From assembly GCA_014727975.1 (NCBI GenBank), contig WJMK01000014.1:2558-66557 (forward strand): DNA of 64,000 bases. Direction: 5' to 3'. This document shows, piece by piece, positions 43,159 to 51,459 of the stretch. Origin of the DNA: Candidatus Micrarchaeota archaeon. Lineage in GTDB: Archaea; Micrarchaeota; Micrarchaeia; Anstonellales; Bilamarchaeaceae. Made by a program: the position numbers and the translations under genes. The first letter of the stretch is position 1; each line of letters begins with the position of its first letter. Under the pieces are notes generated by a model. It saw only the letters and a list, made by a program, of their open reading frames with translations. It had not been told where the DNA came from and searched no databases.

Positions 43159-44406
43159 ATGAGCGCATTCTCAGGATTCTACAAGAAGACTATTCAGGAG
43201 CGTTTAGAGATACTTAAAACCGAAAGGGGAATTAGTGATGAGGAAGCCAAGGTGCTGCTGGATTCCGGGGCACTTGAATTGGAAACCGCAAACCGCATGA
43301 TCGAAAATATGGTTGGGGTGAACCACCTTCCTTTGGGGGTTGTTCCTGGTTTTGTAATCAATGGAAAAAAGTATGTTGTGCCCATGTGCATTGAAGAGCC
43401 TTCGGTTGTGGCTGGGGCTGCGAAGGCTGCGAAGCTAGCGGCGCAATGCGGCGGATTTGCCGCTGATGCTGATGAGCCTGTAATGACCGGGCAGGTGCAA
43501 CTTGTGAAGGTTCCTGAAGATGCGATTGAGAAATTTGATTCTAATAAAGGGAAAATTGCAGCTAAAGCCAAGGAGCTTGCTTCCGGCATGGAGAGATATG
43601 GCGGAGGTTACAGGGAATGCGAAGCACACCTGATTGAAACTTCCAGGGGAAAAATGCTGGTTGCTGTTTTCTATGTGGATGTGCGGGATGCTATGGGGGC
43701 AAATACCCTGAATACGCTCCTGGAGGGGATTGCTCCGATGCTGGAAGAAAAAATTGGGGGGGAGGCAAGGCTGCGCATACTTACAAATCTTGCGGTCAGG
43801 AGAAAGGCCCGCGCAAAATGCATCTGGAAAAAGGAATTAATTGGCGGAGACGCGATTGAAAAAATCCTGGACGGCTATGAGCTTGCCGCAAATGACATTT
43901 ATCGCTGCTGTACCCACAATAAGGGAATAATGAATGGGGTAGACGCGGTTGCAGTTGCAACAGGCAACGACTGGAGAGCAGTGGAGGCATCGGTGCATGC
44001 ATATGCAGCGATGGATGGCTACAAGCCGTTGAATAAGTTTTACAAAAACGATGAGGGTGACCTGGTTGGGGAAATAGAACTTCCCCTCACCGTGGGCACG
44101 ATCGGAGGTGCAATCGGCACCAATCCTGTCGCACGCATAGCGCTCAAGGTTCTTGGTGTGAAAAGCGCGCAGGAACTTTCCATGGTAATGGCTGCAGTAG
44201 GACTTGCTCAGAATTTTGCAGCACTGCATGCCCTTTCTACTGTAGGCATACAAAAAGGGCATATGAAGCTGCATGCTTCCAACCTTGCGGTAATCGCAGG
44301 GGCAAAGGGTGAAGAAGTGGAGAGGGTAGTGGAAAGGATGGCCGAGCAGAAAAAATACTCTGCTGAGGCTGCGAAAGAAATACTAAAAGAAATGAGGGGT
44401 GGATAG
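43159..44406 (+). CDS. hmgA: Hydroxymethylglutaryl-CoA reductase, class II-like
   Basis: ENMVGVNHLPLGVVPGFVINGKKYVVPMCIEEPSVVAGAAKAAK (the EEPSVVA form is typical of class II), DAMGANTLN, GTIGG, and His in GIQKGHMKLH. 415 aa with no N-terminal membrane domain. Confidence 0.85.
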   Translation: MSAFSGFYKKTIQERLEILKTERGISDEEAKVLLDSGALELETANRMIENMVGVNHLPLGVVPGFVINGKKYVVPMCIEEPSVVAGAAKAAKLAAQCGGFAADADEPVMTGQVQLVKVPEDAIEKFDSNKGKIAAKAKELASGMERYGGGYRECEAHLIETSRGKMLVAVFYVDVRDAMGANTLNTLLEGIAPMLEEKIGGEARLRILTNLAVRRKARAKCIWKKELIGGDAIEKILDGYELAANDIYRCCTHNKGIMNGVDAVAVATGNDWRAVEASVHAYAAMDGYKPLNKFYKNDEGDLVGEIELPLTVGTIGGAIGTNPVARIALKVLGVKSAQELSMVMAAVGLAQNFAALHALSTVGIQKGHMKLHASNLAVIAGAKGEEVERVVERMAEQKKYSAEAAKEILKEMRGG

Positions 44407-45399
44407 TTGCTTTCAGTTTTCAATAATGACCTTATTGCGTACTCTGCCATTTTCCTTGTTTCAATATTGAGCAGCTATGCATTCTCCATTGGGCTTGTGC
44501 CCAGGCTAAAGAAGTTCGGGTTTGTTGGGAAGGACATGCACAAGGCCCATCACCCCGAAGTTGCAGAGATGGGGGGGATATCCATAGTTGTAGGTTTTTC
44601 TGCAGGAATACTGCTTGCTATTATGCTGAGCACGTTCAACGGCCTAACTTTCAATATCGTTTTCGTGCTTGCAGGGCTGCTTACCATACAGACACTTGCA
44701 TTCATCGGCATACTGGATGATATCCTGGATGTTCCACAATGGGCGAAGGCATTTATTCCGCTGCTTTCTGCGGTTCCGCTTATTGCAGTAAAGGCTGCCG
44801 GAAGTACTGCAATGGTTCTTCCATTCATAGGGGCTGTGGATTTCGGGATTTTTTATGTCCTCTTGCTTCTGCCTGTAGGGGTTGCAGTTGCCTCAAACCT
44901 TACAAACATGCTTGCAGGGTTCAATGGAATTGAAGCGGGGATGGGCACAGTTATTTTTGGGTGCATGGCAATAATTGCATGGGCCCATGGAAGCCCGGAA
45001 ATGCTTGTGTTGTTTGTTCCAATGCTGGGTGCATTGCTTGGCTTCCTTCCCAAGAACTGGTGCCCTGCAAGTGTTTTCCCTGGAGATGTGGGGACTCTCA
45101 CAATCGGGGCAGTGCTCGCAACCGGAGTGATAATTGGGAACCTGGAAAGTGCAGGGGCCCTTATCCTGTCCCTCTACGTTCTTGATTTCCTGATAAAGCT
45201 CCCAAACAGATTCCCAAAAACATTCGTGGGCCTGAAATATGGGGAGCTTGTTGCCCCAAAAGGAAGGCCGCGCGGGCTGATAGACTTGATATTGAAGCTT
45301 GGAGGCGGGGGAATGAAAGAAACAAAACTAGTACTTGTGATGATGGGGCTCCAGTTGCTTGTGGGTGCAGGTGTAATCCTACTCTTCGTACATGTCTAG
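44407..45399 (+). CDS. Glycosyltransferase family 4 polyprenyl-phosphate HexNAc-1-phosphate transferase (AglH/WecA/MraY-like)
   Basis: Polytopic. GILDDILDV and NMLAGFNGIEAG motifs. The TTG start directly abuts the hmgA stop. Confidence 0.8.
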   Translation: MLSVFNNDLIAYSAIFLVSILSSYAFSIGLVPRLKKFGFVGKDMHKAHHPEVAEMGGISIVVGFSAGILLAIMLSTFNGLTFNIVFVLAGLLTIQTLAFIGILDDILDVPQWAKAFIPLLSAVPLIAVKAAGSTAMVLPFIGAVDFGIFYVLLLLPVGVAVASNLTNMLAGFNGIEAGMGTVIFGCMAIIAWAHGSPEMLVLFVPMLGALLGFLPKNWCPASVFPGDVGTLTIGAVLATGVIIGNLESAGALILSLYVLDFLIKLPNRFPKTFVGLKYGELVAPKGRPRGLIDLILKLGGGGMKETKLVLVMMGLQLLVGAGVILLFVHV

Positions 45400-46119
45400 C
45401 GGAGGCGATAGGTCCCTTGCAAGGTCTATTACGCTGAATAGTTCCCGCATCCTCTCATAGTCTTTTACTCTTCCTATATCTATCCAGTATTCTCTGCTGA
45501 ATTTGTAGAATCCCAGTTTCTCATTTGCTTTGAGCATCCTTGGGAAAACATTTTTTGCAAAATCCTCTTTTGGCTTTATGTATTCCAGGGCCTTTGGCTC
45601 AAGCAGATACATTCCCGTGTTAATCAGGTAGTTGACTACGGGCTTTTCCTCAAATCCATTGATTATTTTGGTTTTTTCGTCACCATCTATTATCCCGTAT
45701 TCCAGGGACACTTTTTTCTTTTTTGCCGCAATTGTTGCAACTGCTCCTGTCTTCTCATGTGTCTTGATGAATTTTTCTATGTTTATGTTGGTTACATGGT
45801 CTCCCATAAAAACCAGGAATCTTTCATCTTTAAGCTTGTCTTTGTGCGGGTAGAGGGCCCCTGCTGTAAATAGAGCTTCATCTTCAACAAAATAATCGAT
45901 GTTTACCCCAAATTTGCTTCCGTCTTCAAAATGATTCATTATCTGCTCTTTCAGATAACCGACTGAAAGCGTGATGTCTTTTATTCCGCTTTTACGCAGA
46001 TGCTCAATCGTATACTCAAGTATATGCCTTCCTCCCAGCCAGAGCATGGGCTTAGGCACTATATATGTGTATGGCCTGAGCCTTGTACCTTCTCCTCCGC
46101 ACAATACTACTGCTTTCAT
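45379..46119 (-). CDS. Sugar-1-phosphate nucleotidyltransferase (NTP_transferase family)
   Basis: MKAVVLCGGEGTRLRPYTYIVPKPML signature. Start at the ATG at 46119, which overlaps the stop of the upstream gene by 4 nt. Confidence 0.85.
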   Translation of the reverse strand: MKAVVLCGGEGTRLRPYTYIVPKPMLWLGGRHILEYTIEHLRKSGIKDITLSVGYLKEQIMNHFEDGSKFGVNIDYFVEDEALFTAGALYPHKDKLKDERFLVFMGDHVTNINIEKFIKTHEKTGAVATIAAKKKKVSLEYGIIDGDEKTKIINGFEEKPVVNYLINTGMYLLEPKALEYIKPKEDFAKNVFPRMLKANEKLGFYKFSREYWIDIGRVKDYERMRELFSVIDLARDLSPPLDMYEE

Positions 46120-46739
46120 GCTATCACCATTAACCCAATCAATGCGCCAACAATGGAGCATATCATGTTGGTTGTACCTTTCGTACCGAAACCTTTTTCT
46201 TCAAACACCCCAAACAGGGTATCCACAAGGCCCCCTGCAAAACCTGCCAGGGCAACAAGCAAAGCGATATTTGGGGTTATCCCAAAAAGAAACATTGCAG
46301 CAATCCCCACTGCTGCAGAGCCCGCAAGTGACATTAGCGTTCCTGTGCTGCTTACTGCCCCGCTCGTGCCGGGGGCAACCTCCTTTAATCCATCCAGTGA
46401 AACAGGGTCCCCCCCAAGAACCCCAAGCTCTGAAGCAAACTTGTCTGCAGTTACCGCAGCTATCGAGCAGATATAAGGAATAGGCCCCCATCCCAGGAAA
46501 TAGCCAAGGGCAACTACGATAGTTGGCACCAATCCGTTTGAGAGCACATTTTCCCAGCTGCGGTCATGCTCATATATTCCCATCTCCTTTTTCTCGTAAT
46601 AGCCATACTTTGTTGCAAGCACGGAAAGCAGCAGGAATATGAATACAAGGACAAGGTAGGAGAAATCTCCCAGAAGAAGAATGGTTAGCCCAAATATAAA
46701 CGTAAGGGCAAGGCCGGGCTTGTCAAGCATTGCAACCAT
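46116..46739 (-). CDS. DUF92 / TMEM19 (COG1836) integral membrane protein
   Basis: ASELGVLGGDPVSL...APGTSGAVSSTGTLMSLAGSAAVG...GGLVDTLFG...GTTNMICSIVGALIG. The pattern is typical of DUF92, the family that includes plant phytyl-phosphate kinase VTE6. Confidence 0.65.
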   Translation of the reverse strand: MVAMLDKPGLALTFIFGLTILLLGDFSYLVLVFIFLLLSVLATKYGYYEKKEMGIYEHDRSWENVLSNGLVPTIVVALGYFLGWGPIPYICSIAAVTADKFASELGVLGGDPVSLDGLKEVAPGTSGAVSSTGTLMSLAGSAAVGIAAMFLFGITPNIALLVALAGFAGGLVDTLFGVFEEKGFGTKGTTNMICSIVGALIGLMVIA

Positions 46740-47710
46740 TATCCCACCTCCACAGCATTGCCTTCAGAAGAGAACTTCTTTCCAAGGAATTTCTCTATTA
46801 TGTGCATGTTGGTTTCCGTATGTTTTGTAAGGTGTGATGTTTTAAAGCTTGTTTTTCCTGCAAGGGCCGCGTATGCAAGTATCTGGTCGGCAAGGTTGTG
46901 GTCGATATCCACATCTCCCTCGCCCTCAATTGAATCAATTGCAGACTGGGCCACCTTTTCTGCGCGAAGCCCTTTTCTGCCCAGCACAGAGCACCCCACA
47001 AAGCCTCTGTAAAGCAGGAGTGCGTTTCCAGGGTCCAGGGCATTCCTTTCCCTTATGTGGACATTTTCAATTCCATTGTTGAGCAAGACCTTCTTTTCCC
47101 TCATTGCAATTCCCAGTGGGAGACCGGAAATAGAGATTATTGCCTTTGGCACTGATTCCCTTGGCCAGTATGAAACAGGTTTAGGCTTCCCGGGTTCCGC
47201 CTCCAGGATAAGCTCCCCTCCTCCCCTGGGGAAATAGCCTGCCTGGGCAAGAGCGCATTTTGCATTCAGCCCGAAAAGGGAAAGCGCTGGCAGGAAAACC
47301 TTCTCAAAATAATCGTAACCCGGTGCTTTTGGCACATCCGTGCCGCCAATTATTTTTACCCTGCTTTTTTTGGATGCTGCAAAAAGCAAGGGCAAGACAG
47401 TCTGCGCAAGCAGAGTAACCGAACCAGCAGTGCCAATATTGAATTCATATTTGCCCCCGTATATTTTTCCGGGGGCGTAAATTAACTCTCGGCTCCCTTC
47501 CTCCGCACCTTCCAGCTTGCCTCTGCAGATAGAGCGCACTGCACGGGCTCCTGCAACGTGTTGGGGCTTAAGCCCTGGTGGGCTCCTGCCTGCCCTTATG
47601 TTGAACAGCTTTAACGGGATTCCTGTTAGGGCAGAAAGCGCAAGGGATGTCCTTACAATTTGGCCGCCAGCTTCTCCAAAAGAGCCATCGATTTCAATCG
47701 CTTCCTTCAT
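46739..47710 (-). CDS. rtcA: RNA 3'-terminal phosphate cyclase
   Basis: MKEAIEIDGSFGEAGGQIVRTSLALSALTGIPLKLFNIRAGRSPPGLKPQHV closely follows the RtcA N-terminus, including the His of the QH motif. Start at the ATG at 47710. One nt is shared (TAATG) with the downstream gene start. Confidence 0.88.
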   Translation of the reverse strand: MKEAIEIDGSFGEAGGQIVRTSLALSALTGIPLKLFNIRAGRSPPGLKPQHVAGARAVRSICRGKLEGAEEGSRELIYAPGKIYGGKYEFNIGTAGSVTLLAQTVLPLLFAASKKSRVKIIGGTDVPKAPGYDYFEKVFLPALSLFGLNAKCALAQAGYFPRGGGELILEAEPGKPKPVSYWPRESVPKAIISISGLPLGIAMREKKVLLNNGIENVHIRERNALDPGNALLLYRGFVGCSVLGRKGLRAEKVAQSAIDSIEGEGDVDIDHNLADQILAYAALAGKTSFKTSHLTKHTETNMHIIEKFLGKKFSSEGNAVEVG

Positions 47711-47937
47711 AAAGTTCCACCTGGGCAAGAAGATAAAAAGAATTAGGCCAGCGCAAATATCTGCGCTGGCTGGCAAGGCGACCAGTTCCTCCCCAAAATA
47801 CGCAACTGTCTATTGAACTGTAACAGGTATTTAAATGTTTCTGCTATAGGGTTGGGCAGTGTGCTTATGTGTATTTTACTTCAGAGAAGGGGCAAAGCGT
47901 TTTAAACATAACCTGATAGTTTTCTATTCGTGATATC

Positions 47938-48378
47938 ATGGGCCTATTCGACTGGTTAACCGGCAAGAGAGAAGAGCCTGAAGAGGCTGCAGAAGAGATG
48001 CCTGCACGCGGTTCAAAACCCTTCAAGATTTCCCATAAATTCAGCCCCCTGAGGCTAAAAGCGCACAAGGATTCCAAACTTGCAATGAACATAACGGTAA
48101 GGAATACTTCCGGTTCAAAGCAGCTGGTTTCAGTAGACGTGGAAGTCCCAAAAGGAAACCGGATTGGATTTGATGTGGCTTCCTCGCAGAAGCACCATGA
48201 AGAAAGGATGGGGGAACTCGCCCCTGGCGCAACAAAATGCTTTTCAGTGAATGTGCATGGGGGAAACTTAACCAAGCCAGGTGAAGTCCCTGTGAAAATT
48301 ACTGCATACGCCCATTACCTGAATTACAATAAAGTGCTTGAGCAGACGGCCAAAATGGTAACCCTGCGGGTCATATGA
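47938..48378 (+). CDS. Small hypothetical protein (146 aa), beta-sandwich-like
   Basis: A TATA-like GTTTTAAACATA lies about 30 nt upstream. Alternating hydrophobic patterns (LAMNITVRNTS, LVSVDVEVP, VPVKITAYAHY). No motif recognised. Confidence 0.5.
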   Translation: MGLFDWLTGKREEPEEAAEEMPARGSKPFKISHKFSPLRLKAHKDSKLAMNITVRNTSGSKQLVSVDVEVPKGNRIGFDVASSQKHHEERMGELAPGATKCFSVNVHGGNLTKPGEVPVKITAYAHYLNYNKVLEQTAKMVTLRVI

Positions 48379-48979
48379 ACTGCCCAAGATTCGGGATAAG
48401 TGCCCTTATGTAGCCTTTTGCTTCGAATGGGCCTCCATGGCCTGGATAAATTTTTTCTATTTCATAGTTGGAGAGTTTTTCGTATGAGTCCAGAAGAGCC
48501 TTGGGGCTGCTGGTGGGGAGGCTCACAGAAGGGAGCGCACCTCCCCCAAAAACAGTGTCCCCGCTGAACAAGGCTTTGTGCTCAGGGATATAAAAGCACA
48601 TTGCGCCTTCGCAATGGCCTGGTGTTGCAATTGCCTTTATCGAAAAACCATCTCCCTCCAGGGCCTGGCCATCCTTGAGGATTTGGTGCGGGGGCCTTCT
48701 TGGCGGCTGAAAGCCAAGATGGGAACATAGAGTTGCACTTTCCCTAACTTCTGTTATTGCTTTTGCAGTGAACCCAGAGCATGCATAAGGAAGGTTATGC
48801 ACCGCAATGCCGCAAATATGGTCGCAGTGTGCATGGGTAAGAAGCACCAGGGGGGAGCCCGGGTAAGTCACACCTTCGGGGGCATCTATTGCAAATTCCC
48901 CTATTGCATAGCCTGTAGCGACTGTGCCGCTTTCGGCCCTTATTGGGTGGCTCGAGCTGCCCTGGAAAACATGTATCAT
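48371..48979 (-). CDS. Metallo-beta-lactamase fold hydrolase (glyoxalase II-like)
   Basis: LLTHAHCDHICG (HxHxDH), ATPGHCEG and PGHG. 202 aa. Confidence 0.8.
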   Translation of the reverse strand: MIHVFQGSSSHPIRAESGTVATGYAIGEFAIDAPEGVTYPGSPLVLLTHAHCDHICGIAVHNLPYACSGFTAKAITEVRESATLCSHLGFQPPRRPPHQILKDGQALEGDGFSIKAIATPGHCEGAMCFYIPEHKALFSGDTVFGGGALPSVSLPTSSPKALLDSYEKLSNYEIEKIYPGHGGPFEAKGYIRALIPNLGQFI

Positions 48980-49227
48980 TCTGATTTCCTCCGTATTTCC
49001 TCTATATGCGCTGCAACCTCCCTTCCTTTTTCAGTGAGTGAAACCATTTTCTTCTTTCCCTTGGGCTCAACCGAAACAAATCCTTTTTCCATGAGCTTAG
49101 AGACAAAATGTGTTATGTAGACATATGTTGTGCCTGTCTCCTTTGCAATTTCAGAAAGGTAGGCCGGGTTACTGCCCTTTAGGAAAAGAAAGACATTTGC
49201 CGGCTTGGTCTTCAATACAGCGTCCAT
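48976..49227 (-). CDS. Small winged-helix transcriptional regulator (83 aa)
   Basis: AYLSEIAKETGTTYVYITHFVSKLMEKGFVSVEPKGKKKMVSLTEKG. It overlaps the downstream MBL hydrolase gene by 4 nt. Confidence 0.6.
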   Translation of the reverse strand: MDAVLKTKPANVFLFLKGSNPAYLSEIAKETGTTYVYITHFVSKLMEKGFVSVEPKGKKKMVSLTEKGREVAAHIEEIRRKSE

Positions 49228-49231
49228 AATT

Positions 49232-49876
49232 TCACCTCGCGATTTCTACTGAAATTTTTTCTTCTGATTCTTTTGTAAGCTTCAGTATCCCGGGCACATG
49301 CGCTGCCCCTACTACAAGCACTGCAGTTTCAGGCTTGTGGAAGAGGAGTTTCCTGAACATATATCTATTGCGGGAATCAACAAACACCTCGTAGGAAACA
49401 GGGAAATCTTTTTCAAGCTTTGAGAGCAGGACCTCAAGGTTTTCAGGCTCCATTAAATCGCTGAGCTTCATTTTTTTCCCAAAAGGGCTTGCTCCCCCCG
49501 AAAACAGCATCCCAAATTTTTCCTTCAGTGGTATCCTTTCTATCTGCCTTGCTGTTGCCCTTATGGGCCTGTCCAGGAGCGCCACAGGTCTTTCAATCTC
49601 GCTTGCAGCCCTCAGCGCCTCAAGCATTTCTGAGCCAGGATTTACATGCCACCACTTCCCCAGGGCCTGCTGTGCAACAAACATTAATGCGGATGTGGGA
49701 TGGCGCAATGCTGTTACGATGTCCATGGACCTGGCCCTTCCCCTCACAAGCCCTTCCAGTCTCTCCCTGCAAAGCTCCAGGCCAATAAGCTGGGGTTTTT
49801 CCCGCAGTATTGTCTCCTTTGCAAGTTCTGCACTTTTCTTTGAGATATGTGCTACAGGAACAAGCATAAGCTGCAT
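49232..49876 (-). CDS. TraB/PrgY (GumN superfamily) protein
   Basis: LVPVAHISKKSAELAKETI, LIGLELCRER, GSEMLEALRAA, ALLDRPIRAT and VVGAAHVPGI. Start at the ATG at 49876. Confidence 0.7.
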   Translation of the reverse strand: MQLMLVPVAHISKKSAELAKETILREKPQLIGLELCRERLEGLVRGRARSMDIVTALRHPTSALMFVAQQALGKWWHVNPGSEMLEALRAASEIERPVALLDRPIRATARQIERIPLKEKFGMLFSGGASPFGKKMKLSDLMEPENLEVLLSKLEKDFPVSYEVFVDSRNRYMFRKLLFHKPETAVLVVGAAHVPGILKLTKESEEKISVEIAR

Positions 49877-49960
49877 TTCGTCTCCCACCATTCTGATAGA
49901 TTATATGTATATTGTTGTTTATAAATATGCTAGAGAGACCATCTGGGGGCAACCGCTCCA

Positions 49961-50073
49961 AAACCCGAAACAGAAAACCCTTCGCTTTCAGACGTACCAT
50001 TACAAAACCCAAAACTCGAAACCCAAAACTGGAAACATAGAAAAGGAAACGCTCTGATTCACGTTCCGTGAAT
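49961..50073. repeat. Second locus of the GGGTTTT-type repeats (G-rich strand is minus) plus the palindrome ATTCACG-TTC-CGTGAAT
   Basis: AAAACCCGAAAC, AGAAAACCC, AAAACCCAAAAC and GAAACCCAAAAC on the plus strand across 49961-50035. The palindrome is at 50057-50073. This locus lies downstream of tRNA-Lys. Confidence 0.7.
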
Positions 50074-50133
50074 TCGCCCCGTTTTTTCCTACCGCAAAAC
50101 TGGGAAGTCCAAACACTGAACTTGTGGAAAAAA

Positions 50134-50208
50134 CGGGCCTGAAGGGATTCGAACCCTCGACACCCGGATTAAGAGTCCGGTGCTCTAACCAAGCTGAGCT
50201 ACAGGCCC
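50134..50208 (-). tRNA. tRNA-Lys (CTT)
   Basis: The reverse complement folds as GGGCCTG TA GCTC-AGCTTGGTTA-GAGC A CCGGA-CTCTTAA-TCCGG GTGTC GAGGG-TTCGAAT-CCCTT CAGGCCC G. It is followed by a T-run. Confidence 0.9.
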
Positions 50209-50307
50209 AGACAATTTGAAGTGCACGCACTGTGTGCGGCCCAAGCGCTTCGAACTGGCTGAAAATGTGAGACCATTAATGGAGAAAAAAGAATAAAAAG
50301 GGTGGCA

Positions 50308-51456
50308 TTATTGAGAGACAGGGCTTCGGTTCTCAACTTTCACCATCCTGAAAGAGGCAACCCTGTCCCCGTTCTCAAAGGTAAGGGTTGCTCCCATGCC
50401 TGCCCACTGCTCCAGGTTCATCCAGTATTGCTGGAGATCCTGGGCTGTTGCCTGATAGTAGTAGAATTCTTCGGCCTGGGCAAGCAGGTACATTGCATTC
50501 CTTGCATCTGCAACCAACACTTCATTTGAAGGTGCCCCATACCTGGAGATGTAGCTGTTCATAAAGTAGGATGCTGCAGGGTCATCTGCATTGAATTCAG
50601 GCAGGATTGCATGCACGCCTTCGGAGTTCTCGCCCATCGCAGATATTGCAGTTGGGGAAACAAGGTCCTCGTCCCCGATTACTTCTGATTCTACTCCACC
50701 TGCCCTCAACTGGTTAACTATGTCTGCTCCGGTTGCCCCATCTGATGCAAACACCAGCACAACCTGGGGCTGGTAGCCCTTAATCACCGAAACCGTGGAT
50801 GCAAAGTTGGGCCCATATTTCTGTGCAGGCTGTGTGGAGAGCTTAAGTTCCTTGGCAGCCGCATCAAACAGCGCGACTTTTTCATTGGCTGCAGATGTGT
50901 CGTCCGTAATCGTCATTGTGCGGAGCCAGCCATTTTCCTTGCAGAATTCTGCTAGCTCCATCCCAACCATCTCAGGGGAGCCTGCAAAATTCATTGCATA
51001 ATCATTGTCTGCATTCCCTGTTGCAAGTGAAATAAGGACGACCCCGTTTTGCTCAAGAAGGGGGGCCATCCCTTCTACTTCCTCCGGGCATACGCCCCCG
51101 ATTACTGCATTTACCCCGCGGAAATCCACAATGGACTGGAGCGCTGATGCAGCGCCTTCCTCTGTGCACTGTCCGTCCTGCTCCGCAATTTCATAGAGAT
51201 ACTCATCTGTTGAGAGCTCAGAAGCCGCAAGTTTTATTGCATTAAGGGCTTCAGTTCCCTCAATTGCATGCTCTCCTGAAAGCGGGCCTATGTACCCAAT
51301 AGTTATTACTTCGGGTTCAGGTTCCGGCTCCGGCTCAGGTTCGGGTTCAGGTTCCGGCTCCGGCTCGGGTTCAACTTCAACTACTTCTTCCTGGGGGCAG
51401 CCCGCAACAAGGAGCAGCCCAACCATAAACAAAGCAAGTATCCAGCGCATGTTCAT
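50308..51456 (-). CDS. Type I periplasmic-binding-protein-fold solute-binding lipoprotein (Liv/branched-chain amino acid type) with an (EP)n linker
   Basis: Signal plus lipobox LLVAGC, then the linker VEPEPEPEPEPEPEPEPEPEV, then ITIGYIGPLSGEHAIEGTEALNAIKLAASEL and the remaining PBP-1 pattern. No permease or ATPase genes are adjacent. Confidence 0.7.
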   Translation of the reverse strand: MNMRWILALFMVGLLLVAGCPQEEVVEVEPEPEPEPEPEPEPEPEPEPEVITIGYIGPLSGEHAIEGTEALNAIKLAASELSTDEYLYEIAEQDGQCTEEGAASALQSIVDFRGVNAVIGGVCPEEVEGMAPLLEQNGVVLISLATGNADNDYAMNFAGSPEMVGMELAEFCKENGWLRTMTITDDTSAANEKVALFDAAAKELKLSTQPAQKYGPNFASTVSVIKGYQPQVVLVFASDGATGADIVNQLRAGGVESEVIGDEDLVSPTAISAMGENSEGVHAILPEFNADDPAASYFMNSYISRYGAPSNEVLVADARNAMYLLAQAEEFYYYQATAQDLQQYWMNLEQWAGMGATLTFENGDRVASFRMVKVENRSPVSQ

Positions 51457-51459
51457 ACC

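Noticed and set aside
50000-50230. A 76-aa minus-strand ORF.
   Set aside because: It is fully explained by tRNA-Lys (50134-50208) and its flanking repeats.
51311-51372. A tandem hexanucleotide repeat, (GGTTCA/GGCTCC-type)n, noticed as a microsatellite.
   Set aside because: It is the coding sequence of the (EP)9 linker of the solute-binding lipoprotein, so it is not an independent repeat feature. It is mentioned under that gene instead.
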